Source: Mobula birostris (taxonomy: Eukaryota). From it: a stretch of 64,000 bases of DNA. The notes below the pieces were generated by a model that was not told the origin of the DNA, did no database searches, and saw only the letters and a list, made by a program, of their open reading frames with translations. This document shows positions 37,466-49,767 of the stretch, piece by piece. The DNA lies in the NCBI RefSeq assembly GCF_030028105.1, contig NC_092398.1, positions 16,744,182-16,808,181 on the forward strand. Direction: 5' to 3'. Both the position numbers and the translations under genes were made by a program. Within the stretch, counting starts at the first letter, position 1. Each line of letters opens with the position of its first letter.

Positions 37466-38408
37466 AGAACTATTTTCGAAGGATATAAACGTTAACTTTG
37501 GATTGTATCAATGCAGGGTATTAAACGTTTCGAGAGGTGCCATTGGGTGATAAAATACAAAACAGATCAGCAGGATACAATAAAACCGATGGATGAGGAT
37601 GAAACATGTACCAACCCGGCGTATCAACAAGCAAAGAAAATAGAGCATAGTGCGTTAAAGGAAAAACATTTCATAGAAATTACGTCGAGGCTTACGACCA
37701 TCTGCCAAACAGAGCTCAGCAGTAAAAATAAAACAAAAGCAACAAATAAACACGTTTTCTACACACATATTAACGTATTATTTAGGCATAATATCTTGGA
37801 TCGAAGCCAACTTGAAAATTTTACAAAGAAAATTAAGAAATTTTCGCATTTTCAGAAACAATTGTGATTTTAGATTAAGATTACAGAGAACAGACGGGGA
37901 AAAAGCAATAATAGACATTAATAATCTACACAACAGTGAGATAAGTTTCTACGGATGTTTTTTTTTTTGCCAACAAAAACAGGAGTCAGCAATCTATACG
38001 AGCTTATGCAATTACGATATGAACTATACAATACCAAACTTAAGTGACGTCAAAACGCAGAATAACGAAGAAATTATCACTACTGATGAAACAGTTAAGG
38101 AATAGAAGAGCATGACCGTGCATGGAGGACAAGTAACAGGGAAGACTAGATATCGACGGGACGCGCCCAATGCCTGTCGCAGAGTTGCAAACCTCTTTCC
38201 AGAAACAGAAGGAGCCCTTGTACTGTACCAGTGGTTAACGCAAAAAAAAATCATAAATACATAAATAAAGACCAAACAAACCCAGGATGATGCATGTCGA
38301 AAGTGCTGAGCAAAACCAGAAATAACTCAATACATTACAGGGTCCTGCAAAAGTTTAACTCAATCTGATTACTTACACAGAAACCATCGAGCCGCAAACA
38401 TCATTCAG
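37466..38408 (+). mobile_element. R4/Dong-like retrotransposon (5'-truncated; 3' part resumes at 41340-41855 after a CR1 insertion)
   Basis: ICQTELSSKNKTKATN, LFPETEG and CRKC..ITGSCKSLTQSDYLHR..ANII segments. Confidence 0.7.
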
Positions 38409-38409
38409 T

Positions 38410-41338
38410 GAAATGACGGGTTGCGCGGAGGTTTGCGAAGGCTTTGCGGACTATTTAAATTGGAATTACTGGGGGCTGGGAACCGAACTGAAGAGACGGA
38501 GGAAGAGGCGGTTGGCTCACAAATAGAGAAAGCTTGAAGACAGCGCGAGAGGGAGCATAGACGGGTGATAGAGAAGGGACGCGCTCAGACCGATGATTTG
38601 AGCTGTGTCTATTTTAATGAAAGGAGTATTATGAACAAAGCAGATGAGCTTAAAGTGAGGGTCAGTACTATGATGTTGTGGCCATTACAGAGACTTGGAT
38701 CGCTCAGGGGCAGGAATTGTTACTTCGAGAGCCAGGCTTTAGATGCAGAAAAAGAGGAAGTTATGGAGGGATTGTCTACACAGACTGGGTGGATGGAAGT
38801 TAGGAATAGGAAGGGATCAATAATTCTACTGGGTGTTTTTATAGACCACCCAGTAGTAACAGAGAAATCGAGGGGCAGATAGCGAGACAGATTCTTGAAA
38901 GGTGAAATAATAATAGGATTGTTGTGGTAGGAGATTTTAATTTCCCAGATATCGATTGGCATGTCCGTAGAGCGAGAGGTTCAGATGCGGTGGAGTTTGA
39001 TAGGTGTATACAGGAAGGTTTCTCGACACGATATGTAGATAAACCTACAAGAGGAGAGGATGTACTTGATCTGGTATTGGGAATTAAACTTGGTGACGTG
39101 GCAGATCTCTGACTGGATTTTGGATATAGTGATCACAATTCTGTCCCCTTTACCATAGCTTTGGAGAAAGATAAAAAACAGACAAGTTAGCAAAGCGTTT
39201 AATTGGAGTATGGAGACCTATAAGGCTATCAGGATGGAACATGGAACTATAAATTAGAAGCAGATGTTCTCAGGGAAACAGGCGGAAGAAATGTGACAAA
39301 TGTGCAAGGGATATTGGCGTGGAGTTCCAATGAGACAGGAAGAGGATGGTAGGGTACAGGAGCCGTGGTGTACAAATGCTGTTGTAAATCCAGTCAAGAA
39401 GGAAGAGCTTACGGAAGGTAGTAAAACTAGGTAGTGATGGAGATCTAGAAGATTGTACCGCTAGCAGAAAGGAGCATAAGAATGAAATTAGGGGAGCCAG
39501 AACAGCTATGAGAAGGCCTTAGCGGACAGGATTCAGGAAAACCCCAAGGCATTCTACAACTATGTGAAGAACAGGAGCATAAGACGTGAGAGAATATGAT
39601 CAATCAAGTGTGACAGTGGAAAAGTGGAAACGGAAGAGATAGCAGAAGTACTTAATGAATACTTTGCTTCAGAACTCACTACGGAACAGGATGTTGGTTA
39701 TTGTAGGGATAATCCGGACTGATAAGCTTGATCATCTATATTAAAGAAGGGGTTGTGCTGGAGCTTCTGGAAAGCATCTAGTTGGATAAGTCACCGGAAC
39801 CGGTCGAGATGATCACCAGCCTACTGTGGTAGGTGAGGGAGGAGATTGGTGATCCTCTGGCAATGATCTCTGTATCAGAAATATGGACGGGAGAAGTTCC
39901 TGAGGATTGGAGGGTTGGGGATGTTGTTTCGCTTATTCAAGAAAGGGAGTAGAGATAGCCCAGGAAATTATAGGCAGTGAGTCTTATTTCATTGTTTGTT
40001 TAGTTGATGGAGAAGATTCTCAGAGGCAGGATTTATGAACATTTGGAGAGGTATAATGTCACTAGGAATAGTCAGCATGGCTTTGTCAAAGTCAGGTCGT
40101 GCCTTACGAGCTTGTTTGAAATTATTGAAAATGTTACTAAACACATTGATGAAGTTAGAGCAGTAGATGTAGGGTATATGGATTTCAGCAAGGCATTTGA
40201 CAAGGTACCCCATGCAAGGCTTATTGAGAAGGTAAGGAGGCATAGGATCCAAGGGGACATTGCTTTGTGGATCCAGAACTGGCTTGCCCACAGAAGGGAA
40301 ATAGTGGTTGTAGACAGGTTATATTATGTATAGAGTTCGGTGATCAGTGGTGTGCCTCATGCATCTGTTCCGGGACCCTTACTCTTCGTGATTTTTATAA
40401 ATAACCTGGATGAGGAAGTGGAAGGATTGGTTAGTAAATTTGCTGATGACACAAAGGTTTGGGGTCTTGTGCATAGTGTGTAGGGCTGTCAGAGGCTACA
40501 GCGGGACATTTATAGGATGCAAAACTGGGCTGCGAAGCGACAGATGGAATTCAACCCAGATAAGTGTGAGGTGGTTTATTTTTGTAGGTCAAATATGATG
40601 GCAGAATATAATATTACTGGTAAGACTTTTGGCAGTGTGGAGGATCAGAGGGATCTTGGTGTCCGAGTCCATAGCAGACTCAAACCTGCTGCGCAAGTTG
40701 ACTCGATGGTTAAGAAGGCATGCGGTGCATTGGCCTTCACCAATCGTTGAATTGAGTTTAGGAGCCGAGAGATAATGTTGCAGCTATATAGGATCCTGGT
40801 CAGACACCACTTGGAGTTCTGTGCTCAGTTATGGTCGCCTCACTACAGGACGGATGTGAAAACCATAGAAAGAGTGCGGAGGAGGTTGACAAGGATATGA
40901 CCTGGATTAGGGAGCATGCCTTATGAGAATAGCTTGAGTGAACTCGGTGTTTTCTCCTTATAGCGACTGAGGATGAGAGGTGATTTGATAGAGGTGTATA
41001 AGATGATGAGCGCATTGATCGTGTCGATAGTTGGAAGCTTCTTCCCAGGGCTGAAATGACTACCACGAGAGGGCACAGGTTTAAGGTGCTTGGAAGGAGA
41101 TATAGAAGGGATGTCAAGGGTAAGTTTTTACGCAGACAGGCGTGATGCGTGGAATGGGCTGTTGGCGATTGTGGAGGAGGTGAATACGATAGGGTCTTTT
41201 AAGAGACTCCTGGATAGGTACATGCAGCTTAGAAAAATAGAAGGCTGTGGATAACCCTAGTTAATTTCTAAGGTAAGGACATGTTCGGCACAGCTTTGTG
41301 GGCAGAAGGGCCTGTATTGTGCTGTGGGTTTTGAATGT
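38410..41338 (+). mobile_element. Near full-length degenerate CR1 ORF2 (endonuclease + RT)
   Basis: CVYFNERSIMNK, VGDFNFPDIDW, SDHN, YMDFSKAFDKVPH, KFADDTK and CR1 3' UTR. Confidence 0.93.
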
Positions 41339-41339
41339 A

Positions 41340-41855
41340 TCTTCGTCAATAAAATCTTGCTTTAAAAGACAAACTCCTAAATGAAATTATACGTTACTAT
41401 AAATACGCACATGATTCAATTTTAGATATAGAATCCAACAAATTATATTACGACTGATCCGTTATTACATATAGGTAAATCCATAATAACAATTAGGATA
41501 TAATAATGGTGAATAAACAAGCAACAGTAACTTACTTTATACATATAATCTTCCAGGTCACGTATAACTTACAAAAACAAATAAGTGAAAAACAAAACAG
41601 AAAAATGCTGATTTAAAAAAAAATGAAATTGAAAGTCTTTGGATCATAAGAATGGTATGCATTGCCCGATTGAAATATCTCCAACTGGTATCATCTCAAA
41701 CTCACTATACAGTAGCATTAAATAATTAGGGCTACACAGCAATAGCTATATTAATATTCAATGGCTAATACGAGCAAGAGAGAAAAGAACATACTTGGCT
41801 ATGCCCTCACCTCAGGTTTCAGATTTCCAGCTGACAAAATATAAATAATAATGGT
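41340..41855 (+). mobile_element. R4/Dong-like 3' part (RLE)
   Basis: Continues 38408 (NLALK.KL..LYYD.SVIT..IHNN..DII); ends aaataataat. Confidence 0.65.
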
Positions 41856-41859
41856 AGTA

Positions 41860-44092
41860 AATCCACTATGGTTCCGTCTAGACTTAAACTGCATTCTAAT
41901 TTAACGAATTGGACTAAAGTTGGGTAGCAAAACAGAAGCAACAAAATGTCGTACACTTAACATGCCTTCTATACATGAAATTTTATGGTCCTTCACCAGT
42001 AAAGCAAAACCAATTAATTCAAATTGTGGGACTATTTTGACACATATAAACATGCAATTTGGACTGAATAAATGCAGATCATTAAACATAAAGAAAGGGG
42101 CAATAGAGCTAACGGAATACAAAGCAGAGCAGCAGAATACAATACTACCGACCGATGAGTATGAAGCATATAAATATCTGGAATGTCAACAAGCAAATAA
42201 AATAGGGCATGTTACGGTGAACGAAAATCAATCGACGGAGATTACTTCACGGCCTTACAAAAAACAAACCCTGGCAAACTGAGTTTAACCAAATTACAAA
42301 GAGAATAAAGACTTTCACTTCCCGATATTAACGTATTCATTTGGCATAAAATTTTGGTCCGAAATCAATCTCGAAGATATATAACGAAACGAAAGAACTG
42401 AAATGCTCAATTGCAGAAAATACCATTGCCACTCGACTGCGCTTAGATTAACAATGCCGAGGATAGAAGGGGAATGAGGATTAACAGATATTAATAATCT
42501 ACACAACAGTGAGATAAAGTTTCTAAGCATATAACTGCATCGACGAATAGATGATTCGGCTCTGGACTTGAGCATTGACCATTCTGATATCTGTATACAC
42601 GACTGAACTTAAATGAGAGCACAACGGAGGAAATGTTTTAAAATGTTTATCATGCGCTGTAATGTTTCACTGCTAACGTAATGGTTTCTCTGTAGCAGCA
42701 TTGTTTCGGTTATTATTAGTGATAACGGGGGTTTGGAATGTCCACCATTCAATGAGAGGCGTGTTGTTTCTTTCTTATGTGTCTGAGAGAAGGTATCCGC
42801 AGTCCTTTGTTGGCAAGAGATGAAGAGAAAAGACGCGAGTGGCGACAGTTGGTAGATCATATGATGGAGTGGACTTGGAGTGAGGGACTAGGGGTCGGCG
42901 ACGATCGGAGGAGGTCGATGGGGAACGAATGGCCGGAAAATCGTGAGTTCCAACCTGCACTTTAGACCGTGACATTAAAATGGGCCTTTTTTTGTTTTCT
43001 TTACTAACTCTATAGTGAAATTAAGAATTATAAAGATCAATCGGTTAATAGCATATTGAGTACTGTCTAATGTTTTGTGGTACGGATTTGTAACCGGTCA
43101 ACACATCACGCTGCATCCACACAGACAAGATCTCTTAAGTTTGGCTAGGCCGGAGGCTGTCTTCCCCTAGATTAAACGCAAACTAGCCGAACCTGAAGCT
43201 TCCATGTTCACTATTGAAGAAAGGATCAACCAATGGAAGACTTTCAGCCTCGTGAAGACATCCCCACGATCTGAGCAACCTAGATGTCGACAGTGAAGCG
43301 TCGAACGACTGATTCAGAGCTTGACGCCTCTGCCTAATATCAGAAAGTTTCCTTGTATCAATACAGGACCAGGTTGTGAACAAACAAAAACAAACTACAT
43401 CACATATACATAATAAAAGACCGAGGAATTCAAGATGATAAATATAAAGCATCCCAAATAAAACCAAAGAAAGTCCAACGTATTACAGGATCCTGCATGT
43501 TAACTGTATGTCATTTGTTACATAGGCACAATCAAGTGGCAAACATTATTCATTCATATCTTGCTTAAAATACAAATTCATAAAGTAAATCATACCTATT
43601 ATAAATGCAAACCAGATCCAGTTTTAGAGTCAAAATCCTGTACATTATATTACGAACGATCCGTTGTTAGAGATTGGACAATCTATAATAATCCCCCATA
43701 TATAATAATCTAGGATAAACAAGCAACAGCAACTTATTGATATGATTGATATAGCCATCAGGATCACACATAATTTGCAGAATCCCAATAAGTTAAAAAC
43801 ACCAGAAATATGGTGAAATAAAAGAAGACATTAAAATACTTTGTAACATGTGCAGGGTATACATTACCTCGATGGTAATATCGCCAGCTGGTGTCATTCC
43901 AAAGGCACTACACAATAGCATTAAACAATTTACGCTGTACTGAACTATCTGTGTAAATCTTCAGAAAGCCACAATGCTAAACAACATTGGAGTAGTTGGA
44001 AAGGTCCTTGCAATTGATAAATGAGCGTGTTTGGCTATGACCGTACCTTAGTTTTCAACAGTTTGAGCTGAGAAAACATGTTTAAATAATTA
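41860..44092 (+). mobile_element. R4/Dong-like retrotransposon (RT to RLE), interrupted at 42648-43204
   Basis: PLWF.L, LLYM, INMQFGLNKC, YKYL, HRHNQVANIIH and NPPYII..DK..ID.A segments. Confidence 0.7.
42648..43204. mobile_element. Solo-LTR-like insertion with 4-bp TSD TGTT
   Basis: Absent from the paralogous R4 copy (about 12660). TA(TG?)...CA ends; tgtt at 42644-42647 and 43205-43208. Confidence 0.5.
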
Positions 44093-45587
44093 TAGATAGA
44101 TAGATAGACAGATAGATAGATAGATAGATAGATAGATAGGTAGGTAGGTAGCGAGATGGATGGAGAAATCTGATGACATGAACTTCAAAGACTTTGAAAA
44201 GGAGGCTACATGTTTTGTAATCAGTTCAGTGTTCAGGTTCACGGATAACAGTTCACAACTCAAAAAGACGGAGGAAGTAATACCAAGAATAAACTGATAA
44301 ATGATATCGTTAATGGCACTGAATCGTCGCTCTTATAATGCTGCACGCTGAAGCTATCTCAATGTTTGAAGATTTGGTTGTTCTTAACTTAACTGTGCTG
44401 AATTCATGTCTCCCGGCTCGCATTGTCAAAACTTGAGGAAAATATATTGTATGAGAGATTAGCGACTGTGGTGTTTACGGCACATGTTATACAGAGTTAT
44501 CCTTTTTCCTTTTAGTGGGCCTACGAGGCTTAAATCCGGCCAACGAATACACAACGTGACTGGTGTGGAAAGCGGAGTAGTTATTTGATGACTCAGTGGT
44601 TCAATGGTACGATTGTTCATTACTTCAATGGTTCCTTAGTACAATTTAATGTCAGAAAATGTATACAGTATACAACTCGAAATCTTTACTCTTCGTACAC
44701 ATCTATGAAACAGAGACAAAAATACAAAGCATGAATGATAGAAGAACACTGGAACCCCAAGGTCATCCCCCCACCTCCTACGCGCAGCAACAAAGCACCA
44801 ACCTTTCTCTCCCTTCAGATGTTCCAGCAAATAACATCAGAGTCCCCACCATCCACCGTGGTAGCAATAGCAAGTCCACTGGAGAATATGATCTTGAGTC
44901 CGTTATAAACTATTGTTCTTCTTAATACTTTGGCAACTGAACAGGGCCACTCTTTCATTAACGAAGGAGAGTGATATCGCTCCTGTCACAGAGAGAAGGG
45001 AGGCCAATTATCCCTGTTTCGACATTAGACTGCAGCGTCTCTGATTGCCGTTTACCCCGACCCGAGAATCAGCATACTTTCTCTTACCATCCAGAGTACG
45101 GAGGTCTCCGACAGCTGCGACGGTTGTACTGATATTTCGATCTTTCGGGACTCTTTAGTCGGCAACACCGAGGAGTAGTTGGGTCGTCTACAGGGCCGCT
45201 CCAGTCAGACACACGTCGTCCAAACTGCTCTTGAAAACACGGAAGCTCCTGAGAAACTTCCGCCCGTAAAGAACAGCGCAACTGTAGATTATGGCCTCCG
45301 ACATAGCCACAGCCACGTTGAGAAACGGGAAAAAAGAGTCAGGAAAACAGCAGCATTTAACTGTTTCCCGGATGATCTCGATGATTTCCATTTGCGCAAA
45401 AAGCAACGAAGGCGCCCTCCCTTTATCTCCTCAGCATTTACGCCGCTAGTTACTTGAAGAGACTCTGAAGTGTTCTGAAGTTAATATTGACAGCAACAAC
45501 ATTAGCTGCTGGGCCGAATGGCGTCTTGTCGGTCTCGAACCTTTCAGCAATCAGTTAATAGCAGAAAACACTGACAGAATACGTCAT

Positions 45588-46822
45588 GTATGTAACCAAG
45601 AAGATAGACGCGGGAGATCCAGTGGGTGTGGTGTAACTTGACTTTCAGAAGACATTTGATAAGGTACCACATAGGAGATTGGTGGGTAAGATCAGAGCTC
45701 GTGGTATTGGGGGGAGGATATTGACATGGATAGAAAACTGGTTGGCAGATAGAAAGCAACGGGTAGCAGTGAATAGGTGTTTCTCGAAACGGCAGGTGGT
45801 AACTAGTGAGGTGCCACAGGGTTCGGTATTGGGACCACAGCTGTTTAGGATTTAGGTCAATGATTTAGAGGAAGGCATTGTGAATAACATCAGCAAGTTT
45901 GCTGATGATACTGAGCTGGGTGGCAGTGTGACATGTGATGAGGATGTTAGGAGAATTCAGGCTGACTTAGATTGGCTGGGTGAGTGGGCAGAAACTTGGC
46001 AGATGGCGTTTAATGTGAATAAGTGTGAGGTTATTCACTTTGGGAGCAAGAACAGGACAGGTTATTATCTGAACGGTGTGGAGTTAAGTAAGGGAGAAAT
46101 ACAAAGAGATTTAGGAGCACTTGTTCATCAGTCTCTGAAGGTGAATGAGCAAGTGCAGCAGGCAGTGAAGAAGGCTAATGGAATGTTGGCCTTTATTACA
46201 AAGGAAATTGAGTACAAGAGCAAGGAAATCCTTTTGCATTTGTACAGGGCCCTGGTGAGACCACACCTGGAGTATTGTGTGCAGTTTTGGTCTCCAGGGT
46301 TAAGGAAGGACATCCTGGCTATGGAGGAGTTGCAGCGTAGGTTCACTAGGTTAATTCCTGGGATGTCCGGACTGTCTTACGCAGAGAGGTTAGACAGACT
46401 GGGCTTGTACACGCTGGAATTAAGGAGATTGAGGGGGAATCTGATTGAGACATATAAGATTATTAAGGAATTGGACAAGATAGAAGCAGGAAATATGTTC
46501 CAGATGCTGGGAGAGTCCAGTAACAGAGAGCATGGTTTAAGAATAAGGGGTAGGTCATTTAGGACAGAGTTGAGGAGGAATTTCTTCTCCCAGAGAGTTG
46601 TGGAGGTGTGGAACGCGCTGCCTCAGAAGGCAGTGGAGGCCAATTCTCCGGATGCTTTCAGGAAGGAGTTAGATAGGTATCTTATGGATAGGGGAATCGA
46701 GGGTTATGGGGATAAGACAGGAACCGGGTATTGATAGTAAATGATCAGCCATGTTCTCAGAATAGCGGTGCAGGCCCGAATGGTCTACTTCTGCACCTAT
46801 TGTCTATTGTCTATTGTCTACT
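45588..46822 (+). mobile_element. Young 5'-truncated CR1 LINE; TSD gtcat
   Basis: 284-aa ORF with SKFADDTEL and a (ctattgt)n tail. Empty sites at about 1310 and 20235. Confidence 0.95.
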
Positions 46823-49767
46823 GTCATTGTAAAGGGAAAAGGGGTTAGTAAATTCACCATCCCGGTTGGAATGTGTTGGTCACAGATTGCTGCAGAGACC
46901 TGGTATTTCACGAGCATCGGTATTTCGTGTCAGAGATTAGGGACAAATCAGGATATGTCAGCCGTTTCCGGCAAATCAAACAGCACCCGTGAAGCAAGAA
47001 ACAGAGTTGATTCGGTAGGTCCCTCGCTAACATTTTGAAAAGAACACACGTCTTATTTTGGTCCTTGACATATTACTATTGTTATTACCGCATGTTTTTT
47101 TTTTCTAAACAGCCAAGGACTGTTTTAAAAACTACGTCACGTCTGCCGTGCTCTTGTTTCTCCCCTTCTCCTATGGATACTCGTCTGGACCTATTCTACA
47201 CCGATTTTGATATTCTAAGTACAATCGTCAACACAGAAATTCAAACAAACTTCAGTTGTTGGAAATTTGAAGAACGAGCGGGAAAAAAAAACTTGAAACA
47301 CTCACCATAACATACGGTACTGATGGAAAGAGAAATGGCGTTCATGCAGCAAAGAGATCTCCTAAACTTTGCCTCTCGTAATGTTACCATCAGAAAATAT
47401 AGTTTATTTTATTTTGGTGAGAAAGTTGTGTTTGTTATTTACTTCGTTTCATACGAAAATTTATTATACAGATTACTCACACACTTAACTGTCGATCTTG
47501 AGCTGTCATCCGGCGCCTGAAATGCGTTTGATGTTAAAATGCTCCATAAACCTAACTTGTTGTTTTCTAAAATACTCGTCGTCAACTTTCAGTCCCGAGA
47601 CTTTGATACCTATTAAGTTTTACAAAGCCTTTAATACCTATTATTCTTAATTTTTTTCATATTTGTTTTCCAAAAATAAAAATACCTATTACTGACCTGT
47701 GACTGGGCTTTATGATTAGAGCTTTTCTCTGCTCCCACTTGGATACCGAATGCGTATTTCTTGCACTCTAATCACCCAGCGTTTCAACTCAAATATTCAA
47801 AGTTCCATGTAAATTTCATTCTCAGAGTATTTATATGTCACCACTTACATCCAGGAGATTCATTTCCCGCAGGAATGCTCAGTAAATCTATGGAATTTTA
47901 ACGATATCACAATCAATGGAAGATCAACCGGAGTGCAGAAGACAACTAACGGTGTAAATGCAAATATAAATAAATAACAATAAATAACGAGTAATTTAAA
48001 AATCGAGATAAAGATTCCTTACATGAGATAATTTATTATGCATCTCACTGGCTGGGCAAGTTGAATAGTAATCCATTTTTTTTTCAAGAGCCTGATAGTT
48101 GAGCGGTCGTAAATGTTCTTGAATCTGCCGGTGCGAGTCCTGAGCTCTTGTACCTTCTCTCTGGTGGCGGCAGCGAGAAAGCAGATGGCCTGGTTGACGA
48201 AGATCTATGATGATGGTTGCTCTGTTCCTGCAGCAGCGTTCCATGTGGAAGTGCTCACTAGTTGGTGGGGGGAGTGGAGCTTATCCCGATGTGTACTCGG
48301 GCGAATCCATTGCATTTTGCATGATATCTGTTCAAAGACATTGGTACATCCGGATGCAGCCAGTCAAATAAAAACTTCCACAACACATCTATAATAATCT
48401 ATAGAAATTTGTCGAAATTTTTGATGTCATGCCGAATTTCCGCAGATTTCTGACGAAATAGACGCTCTCCAGTGCTTTCCTCGCAATTGCGTTAATGCGT
48501 ACTGTCCAGGACAGGCCCTTTGAAATAGTAACACCAATAAACTAAAATCACCTCAAATCATGCAATTAGGCTAACGCATGGGCCTCTGGTTCCCTCTCCC
48601 CAAAGTCTACAATCAGTTTCTTAAATGCTCAGGTGGTACACCTAAAATCTAACCCATTTTCCTTATAATAGTAGTCTGCCAGTCTGTCTATCATGCCCGG
48701 ATGTGTTAATAGCGATTAAGTGTTGTTAAAAAAAAATAATATCTCCTCTTTTAACTGGCAATAGAATACGCACTCGGATTAGCTTAATTTGCCCATCTAC
48801 ATTGATCTTACTGATTATAAGAGAGAGGAATTAATGTTTTCAAGTACCAAACTAAAGTCACCTGGATGTTAAGACGTATGGGAGGCCTGGTTAAAATAAA
48901 ATACAACAATAATACGTCTAAACGTAATAAACAGTGATTAAACGCAAACAACAGGAATTCTGCAAATGCCGGAAATTCAAGCACAGTGATGAAATAAGCT
49001 TATGCTTTCCATAGTTAATCTATTGCTTTTAAAAAAGCATAGATTGATTTAGACTGTTTTTTTTAAATCTTTTTGTGTCGCAGGTATTTCATGCCTCATC
49101 ACTGCTATGTTAAATTATTTTTGATAGCCTCGCAGTTACTCAATAGATAATGTCGCTGCTTTCATGCTGAGCTATTATTCTATTTGTTGCTCAGTCTTCG
49201 ATATGCCTCGACACCCAGGGTATCTTAAACTTGCCGGCCATGTTTTTCATTCTTATTTAAACACACCGGACATAATCGTTCGTTGTTTTACTTTTCAATC
49301 ATTCACACTAGACCGATTTCGACCTACCTCCAAGTAGCTCTCCCATTCTTGTCTTGTCCGATCTCTGATTATGACTTTCATTCCACATTTCCTGAATCCG
49401 CGACCTTAATTTTTCATCAATCCTTTCTCCCTTCCATGGCAACCTTCAAAGTTTCAGTGTTCATATCACTTCCAAAAAAATACATGCCTACTCATGTTTC
49501 ATTGCATACTCAGCAAAGAAGTAGTTCAATTTGCATTTACTTCATGAAACGACCTTCTTGGATGCACTTTAAATTTCCTATGGGTACATGTATTCCATGC
49601 TACAAAGCAAACAATGCTGTGTTCAATTCCCATCATACCGTCACTCAATTACTCCTTGCTTCTAGTCGCATAGACATCGCGCCATCTCCCAGAATTAATA
49701 TAGTGAAAGTCATTGTTGTCCTTTCTTAGGTCAAGGAAGGATCTCAGATATCCGCAGTAACACCACT

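Larger units (their letters stand above)
16779..44295 (+). repeat. Segmental tandem duplication unit 2
   Basis: Collinear homology with units 1 and 3. It ends with the same R4-like 3' end plus (GATA)n block as unit 1 (about 16560-16780 vs about 44060-44295). Confidence 0.85.
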
